Virus record (IMG/VR): IMGVR_UViG_3300037067_027602
Span: 64,001-128,000 of that record
Source: a virus
Lineage: Duplodnaviria; Caudoviricetes
DNA length: 64,000 nt
Direction: 5' to 3' (one strand)
Shown: positions 22,301-29,631 of the stretch, in pieces
Layout: every line of letters begins with the position of its first letter
How positions within the stretch are numbered: the first letter of the stretch is position 1
Made by a program: the position numbers and the translations under genes
Notes under the pieces: model-generated
The model's database searches: none
What the model saw: the letters and a program-made list of their open reading frames with translations, nothing else
Told to the model about the DNA's origin: nothing

Positions 22301-25194
22301 CTCCTCCTCTTGGACATCGCTGACGACACGATCCTCTTCAGGTAGTCCCCCTCATCCTGGTTTCCGCCCTCCTTGGCCATCTTTCCGATGACCCCGTCGT
22401 CCTTGCCTCCGCGGACGAGCCTCATCGCCGACGACACGGACTCCTCGGTTATCTCCATGCCATGCCCGCGCATGTAGTCGAGGACGGCGGACCTCAGCTC
22501 CCCCTCCATCTCCCTCGCGTCCTGGGACCTCCGCGACGGCCGCTCCTCCTTCATGGCAAGCGGCTTTTTCCCCGCCATCATGGAATCGGCGTCCTCCTGG
22601 CGGCGCCTAGCCATCACCGGGGCGGAGTAGTCCGCCAACCACGACATCCCGGGGTCCCCGGCGATGGCCTTCGCCTCGTCGCCCCCCAGCCCATGGATGC
22701 GCTCCAGCCTCTCGGCCATGCCGGGGCCGGCCACGGAGCGGCCCCCAATCCCCAGCAGCAAGGACGCCTTCGACCGCGCCGCCGCGGCGGCCTTGGATCT
22801 AGACCCCAGGGAGGATATGCCGGACTCGAACCTGGACATGATGAGGTTGTTGGTCTTGGCGCGCATCCGCTCCTCGGGGTTCTCCATGTTGGAGATGGAA
22901 CGGGACAGGGACGAGTCCCTCGCCGGCATCGACCTGGCTTTCCTGAACACGTCCGGGGTCACGTCCGCCCCGTAAAGGGAGGAGAACTCCCCTTTGTCCC
23001 CCGATAGCATGGCCGCCATGCCGCTATCGTTGGTGAGGGCGAACATCCTGGCCAAATGGGTCTCGCTCAGCTCGTTTCCAGGCAGCGGTGACACTTTGCC
23101 CTTGATCGCCCCGGATTTGCGGTTGTCGCGGTAATGGTTCTTCCTGAAATAATCGAGGTAGGCGTCCGACAGCCCTTCGGACGACTCCCCCACGACAGCC
23201 CCAAACCTGGCGGCGAAATCCGCCTTAGACTGTCTTTTCCCGGAGCGGCCACGGTCGTAGCCCGGGAGGCTCTTCTCCAGATATTTGTCCAAGACGGCGC
23301 GGACGTCCTTGGGGATCGATTTGATTTTGGTGTGGAATTTGGCGAACCTGGAATCCGACGATTCCGCATCGGGTCTGTCCTCATACCTGTCGGGGGTGGG
23401 GCGGGAGTCGGGGATGATGTCGAACAGGCTTTGCCCATCCTCCCCCACCTGCCCGCCCACGGTCTTCATCGAACCGCCATGCTTCTCGAAGTAGTTGACA
23501 TGGGCCATGGAGTCGGACTTTGTCCTGGCGGACTCCAGCCAACGGAGAGTCTGCTCCTGTTGTTTCCTCGCCTCGGCAGACCCTATTTTCGGGGATGTCT
23601 TGTTTTTCTTGTAGCGGGCGTCCCATCCGGCGGCGATGCTGCGGATGGCCGACTTCAACCCTTCGACATTCTGGGTGGGCTTGTGGTCTCCGGCGTCCAA
23701 GCTCGCCCTATCGCGGGAGTCGGCGAACCTCTCTACGGCGTCGGAGTCAAGATTGCCCGAAACCCCCATCGCCATTTTCACCATGTCGGCCCCGGACGCC
23801 ACCCTCCTGCCCAGCATCTCCTGCCGGGAGCGGTTCCAGCGGGCGGTGTTTCCATGGGTCTGGGACGCCATTATGGTGGAACGGGGGGACGCCGCCGGGT
23901 GTATCCTGGAGGTGTACCTGCGGATGTCCTTCACCATGATGGAGGCGTAGTCGATAGACGACCCTGTGGCGGTGGACACGGCCTTGATGTAACCGTGGAC
24001 GGCCTCAGACAATTCCCTGCTGTTGCCGGTCAGCTCCGTCGCCCTCGTGGACAACACCTTCTCCAACGTCGACAAGCCTTTGGCGGGAGCCCCAGACACC
24101 CCCTCGCGGAGGGCGGACGCCAAGCGCTTGGACAAGTCCGCGGCCCCGGAAACCTTCGCCCCGGAGGCATTATGCCTCAGGGTGTTCTCGACAGCCTTGA
24201 AGACCTTGTCGGCGTCGTCCTTGGGCATGGAGCCCACGTTGTTCGCATTCTCCGCCACCGATATCAAATTCGTCAACAGCTCGTTCAAGGGGACGCTGCC
24301 GCTACGCCTCCTCACCGCCTTCTCCATCCTGGCCCCGATGGCCTCGGTCCTGACATGGACGTTCTCGTGGATGGCGGCGAACTGCCTGACTGGCCTCGGG
24401 TTCTCCTTGTTCACGTACAGGTCGTTGGTGTGCGCCGGGCGGTATCCGAACCCCCCGGACATCCTCCCAGAGAACACGTCCGATCCAGCCTCCGATATCC
24501 TGACGTTCCTCCGCGTGGCCTCATAGGTCTTCTTCGCCAAACCCCGGTAAAAGGCTGCGTTCTCCCCCGGGTTCTCGGAGCCGAAGATCGACCCCGCCAT
24601 GTGGGAGGAGGTGTCCGGGCGGTTGGCGTTCAGGGACATCTTCTTATAAGTCTGCTCCCTGCGGGCGTTGAACCCCCCCATGGCCCTGTCGAAATCTCCG
24701 AAAAATTTCTCCGTGGCGGCCGCGCCTTTGGACGGCGGCGGCTCCTTGTGGGCGAGGGCGGTTATCCTGGACGACAAGTCGGACACCGCTTTCGCAAGGG
24801 ACTCGACGGAGGCGCTGGCCTTGATTTCCCTGGCGGTGTTCTCGGCCATCTCCTTCGACAAAGCCTCCGTGGCCGACGCCACCTTGTCGCTCTTGGCGGA
24901 GCTGTCGGCGACGGCTTTGGACAAGGAATCCATCGCGGCGGCGGTCTTGACGTCGGCCGCCGACGGCTGGGCGGAGGCTGCGGGCTGCGGGACGACATGG
25001 CCAGGGATGAAGGACGCCGCCTGGGCGAACTGGACGACGCGCTTGATAAGGTCGGAGGACAGCGTCGCGTCGATCCTCGAAAGGTCGCCCGCCATGGAGT
25101 CCAGCCCCTTGCCGCCCATTTTGCTGGTGTCGAGCTGCACGTCGAAAACCCAGCTCTCGCCGATAGACTTCTTGTCGGACATCTCCGCCTCCAA
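10363..25194 (-). CDS. Giant tape measure protein (TP901-type core) with accessory domains
   Basis: 4943 aa, helical and Ala-rich. TP901-like core (FETAVVNVTKV...AVYSQQG...LADSMKQSGAAAKVANISFNEL...TGSEIGHAFK...AGTRRYN) at about 17900-18650. Lambda-type GGFTGAGGKFEPAGIVHKGEY motif; two HExxH motifs; follows two chaperone genes. Confidence 0.9.
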   Translation of the reverse strand: MEAEMSDKKSIGESWVFDVQLDTSKMGGKGLDSMAGDLSRIDATLSSDLIKRVVQFAQAASFIPGHVVPQPAASAQPSAADVKTAAAMDSLSKAVADSSAKSDKVASATEALSKEMAENTAREIKASASVESLAKAVSDLSSRITALAHKEPPPSKGAAATEKFFGDFDRAMGGFNARREQTYKKMSLNANRPDTSSHMAGSIFGSENPGENAAFYRGLAKKTYEATRRNVRISEAGSDVFSGRMSGGFGYRPAHTNDLYVNKENPRPVRQFAAIHENVHVRTEAIGARMEKAVRRRSGSVPLNELLTNLISVAENANNVGSMPKDDADKVFKAVENTLRHNASGAKVSGAADLSKRLASALREGVSGAPAKGLSTLEKVLSTRATELTGNSRELSEAVHGYIKAVSTATGSSIDYASIMVKDIRRYTSRIHPAASPRSTIMASQTHGNTARWNRSRQEMLGRRVASGADMVKMAMGVSGNLDSDAVERFADSRDRASLDAGDHKPTQNVEGLKSAIRSIAAGWDARYKKNKTSPKIGSAEARKQQEQTLRWLESARTKSDSMAHVNYFEKHGGSMKTVGGQVGEDGQSLFDIIPDSRPTPDRYEDRPDAESSDSRFAKFHTKIKSIPKDVRAVLDKYLEKSLPGYDRGRSGKRQSKADFAARFGAVVGESSEGLSDAYLDYFRKNHYRDNRKSGAIKGKVSPLPGNELSETHLARMFALTNDSGMAAMLSGDKGEFSSLYGADVTPDVFRKARSMPARDSSLSRSISNMENPEERMRAKTNNLIMSRFESGISSLGSRSKAAAAARSKASLLLGIGGRSVAGPGMAERLERIHGLGGDEAKAIAGDPGMSWLADYSAPVMARRRQEDADSMMAGKKPLAMKEERPSRRSQDAREMEGELRSAVLDYMRGHGMEITEESVSSAMRLVRGGKDDGVIGKMAKEGGNQDEGDYLKRIVSSAMSKRRRLPSGPSGDPAMSPHVEMKTAKGHTVKGVVGMGEGYIQDWSSDYGDYSYDRMDEGSIAKFNAWLEKSRAAGGDIYADGRPMKSVSQYVPEKDTPDTEAMKERIKAKELFSKDEFGMGAKAGWADSESENFTRRMAKGHRLDGFGQEGVKAAALNTVLGRFSGDYVQKRVDQDMGETRMSGASWKLGDITDALLNKATKSMGSEDSGSSPVTYEKFKSMIGSTLMMDYRTDPISGRRVKYNQGTISKAEAFKKGFSGTLEKIFSDLSGKSGPSGVDPETLRNEVYNKYYTPKEKGGDTYAKWAGDIGFTPLDEAVSKMLDALGTGVSKTPAPLMKDAKPMGEALLGLSSGLKTHEFSSSEMPSAMSSGTDQDRVELLRKRAGELRKLHSRYAAGDYDIDAKTASGGSDKVAKINSVIAQRTLASQWRSAMAAINGIEAGKWGKDDTYKTLAKEAFLNKNSYGEGMDAIRGGLKSGGVDKRTSDRIVEEYVRLANDPDFKQSFHGKRPITAMGMAAAYERQAIHGKSKTGKLTSRGSEASLRAELVKSITGMSPMSDRLRERLGVVEHLSKREGVSSSKLVHDEIPSTVDSMRSVLGDPGDVAKVEEMLRRKEASERRTATAQANSSRSAGGASSLKFDSTRLLSAAPGRMSLPEGVVSGKPIVTPFERPSKSSPANPIVTPYSSGAMEEAAAGDDPESIAIPPKKPSGKRRRRRSGTLPPPELSGAMDDEISASVRGVFGKTPDVSGSASRGGTSIDIITNAIADIAAGVQLLTEILPQRLDLIASKLDALKAKRAKGGGPSGDVDSMMAGEPEPFTPDMVKRNLADLPPVLREWTEKGNRTSKGLDVYGQEQKRKDKVREVFYARTGLAKTVVDTKDDLGRKSDILADARSGPLASDDEFIKGVETNIKKTQKDLERAQKALDKNHMDYQEAKRGLLEFRGTAIQKGMMAKRREDGKQAGIASKARASGFDSELDAGVKTAVAELRERTRAVEAMYAKMHSDWLAGDRQPEVEEMRRHLKRGEQALKFSYGKLEESDTGKAVIRKHGEIASILQPTFLRKELLEKGGSEADDAYASRMYTMLKTVAQSQEDKSASIRRVEEDLASNVKGFSSKDVGGTLPSLDAVRDKTPGVHAKAAGDIVRRELEGILSRSGGVELPVASPNKTSEIESMVKGYSRIRREMEAADSKVGSLVKGISNRVFMYGGLSFALYGVLGGVKSAVGVMGEFETAVVNVTKVMNPFLADNARVAGAARDMAKEFGQGTVQAAGAMAVYSQQGNAMNDVVKLSRVSLLAQNVAEMDAAKATENLTAATIQFGIESSKAFSILDSWNEIENRTAITAVNLADSMKQSGAAAKVANISFNELNGMTAAVGSATRRTGSEIGHAFKFLFSNIRSDKAVGALQEVGVASYDVEGGFRGVYSILTDLSGKWGELDSVQRTNVARMVAGTRRYNDLLILMDGWSTAVDSAAMGEDSFGSALKENLLVMDTYQKKVSVTKASLESLYENMGANGGKAVAGTFVDALGNILGFLDKMPASAAAAVSSFALLGGGAAAIVGGLNYAGIPEMVSRMGERRGAEKQIGAYIKSNSGATASSVADHFVGDRDNLGLYTKRVMAGKAPEEISEDDFRRMHTQVNTIAASKIAGEQKYRQLLNDNTSLVERGAIKAVRFAREHLMLTMAAAAAAKVYSQTMEDKDSATGRTGLGNALNLGGDAALFGATAAPAVFSLSKGIMDKHLPNLGKFNGYASAAVALLSTMALSAGSLGDVLTSVKETFVGSEVLMKRQASLEIDRLKGAKDSLRVYERINDELEKGVKISRVNYSDLARAKDTLMRLYPGAVSGGTPYAPELDKGMLDNALGTSMGVRRQRLKLDESSANMIFGSSKSGWFSSSGMMEGMRSDLGGVWGKRDKLAEDIRRQEMVVDGEGDPYTKAKRLSTLNQMRFKHSGVLDEADKIRGEMDKLINPLLDASAGAAGRGFGEFRRGVVPRLASTSGYERPETAGNLEKVREIMGKDFSRRMLEVYSTGAFGLGSSMETPKNAREAFEKTNKMFSLTYTGEEDGKRNFSVHGYDEKTGKQTLSPFSMERGASIDEIVRRAEESVRKAEPALKSIGDFIMHTGEIAEGASRIPADAARLAFGSAKTLYSAISDARSGLVKRMGAKLDVEAESPLGPESSMAKAVSRLGLLAEYTTKLGGSVGRVTPEFSSLSKSMSGGAVGPKELESVVAHLESLRSTGGGSLSSTLEASQLAMGMTQVMQRGAFDLAADYAAAQSRESGKGRDQREAENGEEGITSLQQATAKVNEMLRSIGSDVDVESLVGGKKGDAAVASILREIGARMPKAVKNWDEPFNTSANDFTKEGKDIASRMKVASSSLEAMQKHLATSSVSGSRSGMTAAQAEAIDRQISSRRGAITAGVSRYTSAAGGTEAFFREALEANKAGAEDIRSRAMKMREEGKTESAEILDKELETAEAGIKRWSNSLDDLRGVLDMVSEASNSLVTSGAAVSRVLDNLGSDAERMASSSMVVGGRGSRERSEIDRLSAAINILDRELSGIDAKRRGATGSDKTQYDQDYRQLEERRNASVVDRDRVSKSLETILVGMTQSERRRQMAELDAAKAMKSPNVLDAQRSLYSTRMSDADELAKRVEYAMRQRGVEGKDREKIESAMREVGDAARRVRDDSDPSMRKNLALSSSQEQAAYSQIQGLREKGYEFSQIFSLQQFKDIAKTSPLVGGLADKMAQEQFSDKLADSTKTFDDAVFRFADVVKEMLSLNGPSDSVGAKVSDSVKAIEATKGHSAGGFTGAGGKFEPAGIVHKGEYVLPQEMSELFPWLEKIRKQGGDAKSEMKSFPGFADGGPVTSKRASYGNGFIKSVFGNTKNEDVFKYADTLRKDTPMMGDKPVTFDFTKIKENAAGLYHEEDHRIEIDKRLPNATKMQTTAHEFVHARNTATRSRLENWYGYSPEYTRAAELSTNIIANAEVSGKRSEMSMWDKKILDDDFKEFLGSNSVPDKKASANIVGGSKNKRSAAAIAKAVKNIRTEHLSTRDIVPIQDKMLNSIERATTLPQNELTKHELALRKGINEYFSPENGFATKFDHSDIGKEVAHYKRNRELNKFTPTPKERVAAPVPEGMELVYKKNGGRSKYRADAARLLTMEDERKEFSDRREANKKIWKMYDKLQAERTAAPTHQPAPVAPPPSAPPAATSATPGARRPKRPVPPAAPPAATSATPGARRPKRPVPPAVPAASTSFPSAPAAPVPPTTSANHIRSSNWMEKVGGAAAIAYSANTWKGATDNLNETRRREAAGESTSAADNAMPFVGAAGETAYGAGLMMGGKAGGAMRLAGLGAQGASLAYKIANGRASITDAIPLGVSGAIELATNPATQALAGRYAPQVIRGLSGIAGGARALPGIGRVASMAGKFIPKNIGKGGLVGAAAGVAGMAASSIGDYWSDQGRKKGGGGLAAEVLSSTGDFTTALSGGSVFGAYDTMVDSGRKDGGDAGNVAMMLDDAEGNAEITSGFLSTVHPGKFKQIAKQYADSRKSDTNAMSTERGMKAARRKMSGSADVASKVKQIVESLNSALGDDDPKIDVDAFMSMNEGNLDILGSVADGKDLNELLSNLTGGKAKMGRMTSTAGGKDKILERVELLNKAISDASKKVRDGESGDAVVKEKPVPKAINFDPAFYESDDSIEGMSKVEAGVDARVAAKKGLPSGEKLKAWTEEASADPIMGNAPKDKKTKPTVSLEEIYEGGLSKKELGQASMARRRRSPDAERRIRKHGGLITGSGGKKFFGEELKGDDTLAILSQTEKKEKTVYEKAADERRAIDFATGTSKKDIRKRGGRIIGADAGSVYGDSLGSDDISRAPDEYGIAGMFDAPKKGDGGPAEAIVSAPVVKRGGDEASEGLKDARKSPSVKDARVDGKVDVSITSDSDLGKLLAMFPTLDDNLKKAIEVIQKAANSASGLKDGAKVSSKLSMKAA
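12581..12712. repeat. Exact 66-bp tandem duplication inside the TMP (22-aa Pro/Ala/Arg unit x2)
   Basis: gccggtgggacgggacgcttaggacgacgagcaccgggggttgcggaggtagctgcaggaggggcg occurs at 12581 and again at 12647; encodes APPAATSATPGARRPKRPVPPA twice. Confidence 0.95.
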
Positions 25195-25197
25195 AAA

Positions 25198-26106
25198 TTA
25201 TTTGACCCTAGGCCTCACCTTGAAGGGCTGTTTGCACTGCACCTGCGTGGATCCTGGCCCCTTGGCCGTCTCCTTCTGCCCGTACGTCCTGTTCCTCTCC
25301 CTGACCCATTCCGACACCGCCTCGTCGTCGTCGATTATCTCCCCCCTCGGAAAATCGGGGAGATCAAGCAGGGAATCATAATAGTCGCTCCATTTGCACA
25401 GCTCCACCTGATCCCTCGTCCATTCTGACACGCTCCCCGGGAAAGCCCCCGTCCCGGTCTGTTTGCAAACAAGCCAACGTTTCCTCCATTCGTAGTTCCT
25501 CGCGACAGCGCGTATCTCCGCCACCGGTATCCCCGACCTCATCGACCGGAGCAGCGACAACAGAAGCTCCACCAATTCTAGATCCCGCTCGTTCTCATAT
25601 AAAGAATACGTCTCCCAGACCCTCGCCGGGACATCGAATCCCCGATAAGAGCACCTGCAAAGCAAAAAACCGTCCACGGCCACACCGGCCATGGATTCCG
25701 CCGACACGGAAAGGTAGCCGTTCCTCTCCATCTCCATGCAATATATCCGCCGCTCCGCTTCCTCTATCTCGGCCCCGAGCTCCATGACCTGGTCTTTTGA
25801 GTTGGTCATTGACATGGCCTCGCCAAAAGCCCTGATGTTGCCCATCAGCCTGGATCGCTCCTCGTCATAGGCCTGGGCGTGCTCCACGCCGAAGACGGAC
25901 GCCAGCAAATCTTCCCTGGAGCTTACCCCGGACGACAGCAGCCTCCCCGTCTCCATCTCCAGGAAAGCGTTAGCCAGATCCCTGTCCAGCGAGGTGGGGT
26001 GGGACACCATATATGGCTCCCCCCCGTGGACGGCGCTCCTCGAACCGCCCCCGATGAGGCCGAGGATCCTGCGACACTCGGCACCGTCTATGATGAACGC
26101 CGGCAA
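25198..26106 (-). CDS. Tail assembly chaperone-like protein 2
   Basis: TTG start with GGGAGG RBS; directly upstream of the TMP; C-terminal WS.YYD.L...P...IIDDD..V..W pattern seen in pre-TMP genes of large phages. Confidence 0.6.
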   Translation of the reverse strand: MPAFIIDGAECRRILGLIGGGSRSAVHGGEPYMVSHPTSLDRDLANAFLEMETGRLLSSGVSSREDLLASVFGVEHAQAYDEERSRLMGNIRAFGEAMSMTNSKDQVMELGAEIEEAERRIYCMEMERNGYLSVSAESMAGVAVDGFLLCRCSYRGFDVPARVWETYSLYENERDLELVELLLSLLRSMRSGIPVAEIRAVARNYEWRKRWLVCKQTGTGAFPGSVSEWTRDQVELCKWSDYYDSLLDLPDFPRGEIIDDDEAVSEWVRERNRTYGQKETAKGPGSTQVQCKQPFKVRPRVK

Positions 26107-26120
26107 GCTGCCCTCCCGCT

Positions 26121-26146
26121 AAAAAAAAGGCGGGCCGGAGCCCGCC
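26121..26146 (-). terminator. Intrinsic terminator
   Basis: Minus strand GGCGGGC-TCCG-GCCCGCC followed by T8. Confidence 0.85.
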
Positions 26147-26166
26147 ATGGAAAAGTTCGCCAGAGA

Positions 26167-26877
26167 TCAGGCTTTGGCTTCCTCTTGCGGGAGGACGTCC
26201 TGGGAATCGGAGCCGTTGTCGGCCGGGGTTTCCTGGGGCGGTTGCCCAGGAACCGGTTCCGGGACGGACTCCTCTTCCGGCCCGTCCTCGGGGGGGACTA
26301 GCTGGGCGAGATCCTCCTCCGGGTCGCGGCCGCGGAGGATTGCGTCCACGAAAAACACCACGCTGTCCCTCTCCGGGTCGGAGGCGCACTCCTCGACGTC
26401 CTTCCAGAGACGTTTGCCGTCCCTGGTGGCGACCGACAGGGCGATGTCCTCGTGCTTCGCCTGCCAGGCGATGGCCTCGGCGGTGTTCTCGAGGATGGAG
26501 CGGAACTCCTCGCGCATGGCGGCGTGCTCCTCCTCGAAGGCGAGAAGGGTGGATTTAGCCTCGACCACGCTCACCGTCAACCCGGCGACCACGACCTCGC
26601 CGCCGCTGGCCGACCCAAGGGCCGACTCGATGGCCTCGATCTTCAGGTTCAGGTCGGAGATGGCCTTGCGCTCGGGGTCTCCCCACACGCCCTTCTCCTC
26701 CATGAGGCGGAGCATCGACTTGCGGGGGAGCACGCCGGCGCGCATGGCCTCGGCGTAGGCGGCGGAGTAGGCCATCTGGCCATGGCGGATCTCCATGACG
26801 GAGGGGCGGCGGACGGCGATCGGGGCTTTCTCGGTTCCGTCCTCGTTGAAAAGCTTGAGCAAAAATTCGGTCTTCAT
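26167..26877 (-). CDS. Tail assembly chaperone-like protein 1
   Basis: 236-aa acidic coiled-coil protein between tail tube and TMP; its TAEAIA motif resembles SAESMA in the next gene. Confidence 0.55.
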   Translation of the reverse strand: MKTEFLLKLFNEDGTEKAPIAVRRPSVMEIRHGQMAYSAAYAEAMRAGVLPRKSMLRLMEEKGVWGDPERKAISDLNLKIEAIESALGSASGGEVVVAGLTVSVVEAKSTLLAFEEEHAAMREEFRSILENTAEAIAWQAKHEDIALSVATRDGKRLWKDVEECASDPERDSVVFFVDAILRGRDPEEDLAQLVPPEDGPEEESVPEPVPGQPPQETPADNGSDSQDVLPQEEAKA

Positions 26878-26898
26878 CGCGTTTTTCCTTTTTCCTTG

Positions 26899-27189
26899 TC
26901 AGTTGACTTTTTTGGAGTTCCTGTCGCGAATGCGATACTTCTGGTTCACCTCGATCCTGCACGCCCCGGCGAGCCCCAGGTCGCACTCGACCTTGCGGCG
27001 GACATCGTTGAGGGAGCGGAGGGTCTTCTGCCTCCAGGCCTTGTATTCCAGCTCGTTGGAGCTGCCGTCGCCGGAGACGTGGGGGAAACGGTTCGAGAAC
27101 ATGGTGATGAGCTCGTCCGAGGCTGCGTCCACCGCGGCCTTGACGGACGACATCGCCATCTCCAAATCCTTGTTTTCCTTGTGTTCCAT
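26899..27189 (-). CDS. Hypothetical protein
   Basis: 96-aa ORF with AAGGA-type RBS and phage-like codon usage. Confidence 0.6.
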   Translation of the reverse strand: MEHKENKDLEMAMSSVKAAVDAASDELITMFSNRFPHVSGDGSSNELEYKAWRQKTLRSLNDVRRKVECDLGLAGACRIEVNQKYRIRDRNSKKVN

Positions 27190-27210
27190 GTTCCTTGTTC
27201 CTTTTTTGGG

Positions 27211-27240
27211 AAAACGCCGGGGAGGAGTTCCTCCCCGGAC
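27211..27240 (-). terminator. Intrinsic terminator after tail tube gene
   Basis: CCGGGGAGGA-AC-TCCTCCCCGG hairpin followed by CGTTTT. Confidence 0.65.
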
Positions 27241-27264
27241 GGTCGCCTTCTTCCACCGCCGGCT

Positions 27265-28095
27265 TTAGTCGGCGGACGTGTACGGATCCTCGCCGACCGG
27301 AGCGGAGAGCGGGATGAGCAGGTCGGAGCCGATGAAGTTCAGCGTGTCCGACATGTTCTGGCCGACGCCGGCGCTCTCGCCACGGGTGTTCAACTGGAGG
27401 CCGCTCGCCCCGACGTAGATCTTCGACCCGTCGGCGCTGGTGACGTTCAGGTGGTACGTGCCGCTGGGGGAGATGCCCTCGGCGGCGAAGGTGGCCTCTA
27501 TGTCCACGCTGATCTGGAGCGGGAAAGTCACCTGGAACAGCTCCGGGTTGATAGAGCGCACGTCGCCGACCGGGTCGCGGCTGATGGAGCCGCTGAAATT
27601 GATCGACTGGATGCCGCGCTTGCTCATGACGATCGGGATGTCGGTGTCGATAGCGATACCCTCGCCGTCGTCGCCAAGGACCACCGAGTAGGTGTCCGTC
27701 TCGGCCATGCCGGGGTCCGCCTGCTCGACGAACCCGCTCGCGGGGATGCCGGAGGCGATGTAGCCGAACTTCACGGTGGTCGGCTGCCCATGGGCGAAAG
27801 TCGCCCCGAACGATGTGAGGGCGTACTTGCCGACGCCGCTCGGGCAGTAGTTGGCGTGGTCGTAGATGCTGACGGCCTCGGAGCATGACTCGACGAGGAC
27901 GGCGTCCAGGGAGACCTCGCTGGTCTGCGCCCCCGAGGTGTAGTCCACGATGCCCTTGAAGCCGATCGCCTGCTGCGGGGTTTTGGGGGTGTTGTCGTTC
28001 TTGTTCGCGGTCTGGAGTGCGTTCTTGCCCCAGGCGACGGAGCTGAGCACCCCCCCGCTGGGATCGATGAGATGGTGCTGCAGAAAGTCGGACAT
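27265..28095 (-). CDS. Major tail tube protein (probable)
   Basis: Start trimmed to MSDFLQHH (GAGG RBS); beta-rich 276 aa with strongly biased codons and its own terminator; located between neck genes and chaperones. Confidence 0.6.
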   Translation of the reverse strand: MSDFLQHHLIDPSGGVLSSVAWGKNALQTANKNDNTPKTPQQAIGFKGIVDYTSGAQTSEVSLDAVLVESCSEAVSIYDHANYCPSGVGKYALTSFGATFAHGQPTTVKFGYIASGIPASGFVEQADPGMAETDTYSVVLGDDGEGIAIDTDIPIVMSKRGIQSINFSGSISRDPVGDVRSINPELFQVTFPLQISVDIEATFAAEGISPSGTYHLNVTSADGSKIYVGASGLQLNTRGESAGVGQNMSDTLNFIGSDLLIPLSAPVGEDPYTSAD

Positions 28096-28195
28096 AATAA
28101 ACCTCTTCGTTAATTTTTCGGCGTGGCGGGGCTGGACCGCCAACGCTACAACCATACATCAAAAGTTTACCCCGCCAAGTAAAAAAAATGGCCCG

Positions 28196-28948
28196 TCACC
28201 GCAACGGATGGAGTTTCACCAGAACCGCCGCTCGGTGCCGGTCGACCCTGGACGCCCCGGGAGCCGGCCAACTGAGGGAAGTATCCGTCCTATAGGACAA
28301 GTCATATTCTTTGACGCTATCCATTACCATGCCGTTTTTTATAGCCATGTCCTTGTCGAACAGCGGGTTGTCCGCCAGCCTGAACACGGGCATCCTGTTC
28401 TTGTACAGCCATTGCTGGACGAGATCCCCGATCCTCGAGGCCGTCCCCAGATCGCCGGCGAACACATCCACCACGAAAACCTGCTTGGTTATGGTGACTG
28501 TGCTCGTCAGGTCGAACGGCTTGGAGGTCTGGTCCACCGGCTCCACGGACACCACGGGAAGCTTGTCGTCCGTCAGCGCGTCGGAGTCCGGGAACGCCTC
28601 CATCAGCAGCTCCTGGTGGAAACTGTAGTCCGCAGTGAGCGCTCCGGACGGCTCCGCCGCCAGGATGAAGGTGTTGCGCTCGTAGTCGAAGAAAAATTCA
28701 TCCGCTCCGAGTATCCTCCCCCCGTCCTTAAACGACACATAGGAGGAATCCACGACGCCGGACGGGTTGACCGTGAGAATCTGCCTGTCGGTGGGCAAGC
28801 TTCCGGAGAAGTTGGAGTCCACCTCCAAGGCGACCCCGGAGGCGGATCCCGTGTAACCAGCCCCCTGGAGGATGATGTTCTGCACGGCGTGCAGCAAAGA
28901 CAGATGGATGTCCTGAAAGCTTATTTCGCTCATGCCGGCCCCCCGCAA
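28196..28948 (-). CDS. Tail terminator/neck protein (probable)
   Basis: LPVVSVE...FVVDVFA...RIGDLV pattern of tail-completion proteins; synteny. Confidence 0.5.
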   Translation of the reverse strand: MRGAGMSEISFQDIHLSLLHAVQNIILQGAGYTGSASGVALEVDSNFSGSLPTDRQILTVNPSGVVDSSYVSFKDGGRILGADEFFFDYERNTFILAAEPSGALTADYSFHQELLMEAFPDSDALTDDKLPVVSVEPVDQTSKPFDLTSTVTITKQVFVVDVFAGDLGTASRIGDLVQQWLYKNRMPVFRLADNPLFDKDMAIKNGMVMDSVKEYDLSYRTDTSLSWPAPGASRVDRHRAAVLVKLHPLR

Positions 28949-29628
28949 AACAATTTCGCCGCTATCTCCATAACATGTTCCCTGAAGTTCACGGGGCTTA
29001 GGAGCTCCTCCATCGACAACCCCATCCTGAGCAGCGTCCGGTGCGGCTTGAACCCGCGGTAGGGGGAGAGGTGCAGCCTCTCGGCCATCGTCTCCTCCCC
29101 GGCGTTGTCGCCTTTCTCCACCAGCCCCAGAGGCAGCATCACGCCCTCCCCATGGCGCCCAACTTCCCCTCCCTTGAACTTGTCGCCCAGAATATAGGCC
29201 AGGAACTCCGACGAGACGAAAGCGTAGTCGTCGGTCGCCCCCACGACGGAGTTGTCGCCGTCCTCATGCAGGCGCCACCAACCGCCGGAGCCGCCCTCCG
29301 CCGAGTGCATGGGGAGGAGTTTGTCCAGCACGCCGGTGTCCATCATCCTCAGCGTCACCCCGGACGGGGTCTCCTCCGGCCTCGAACCGCCAATCGCTAT
29401 CTCGAACGCCTCCATCAGCGATTTGTCCTCGTTCACGAGATCCCTTTTCGGCGTTAGGCCCTGAAGCTCCTCTATGGCCATGTCCACTATCTGCATGAGC
29501 CTGATCATGGCGCCCTTCGCCACCGCCGCCCTTATCCGCGGGACGGTGATCGTGGACGGGTCGCGGACATACCCAATCAGCCGCCCGTTTCTGCGAAGCC
29601 CTATCTTCATCGTCTTCAAAACGGCCAT
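28930..29628 (-). CDS. Neck/tail-completion protein (probable)
   Basis: 232-aa ORF with WWRLHEDG and GFKPH motifs; synteny. Confidence 0.45.
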   Translation of the reverse strand: MAVLKTMKIGLRRNGRLIGYVRDPSTITVPRIRAAVAKGAMIRLMQIVDMAIEELQGLTPKRDLVNEDKSLMEAFEIAIGGSRPEETPSGVTLRMMDTGVLDKLLPMHSAEGGSGGWWRLHEDGDNSVVGATDDYAFVSSEFLAYILGDKFKGGEVGRHGEGVMLPLGLVEKGDNAGEETMAERLHLSPYRGFKPHRTLLRMGLSMEELLSPVNFREHVMEIAAKLFCGGPA

Positions 29629-29631
29629 TTT

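Noticed and set aside
25198-26877. Programmed frameshift joining the two tail chaperones
   Set aside because: The genes are separated by a stop, a terminator and an independent RBS/TTG start; no slippery site is evident.
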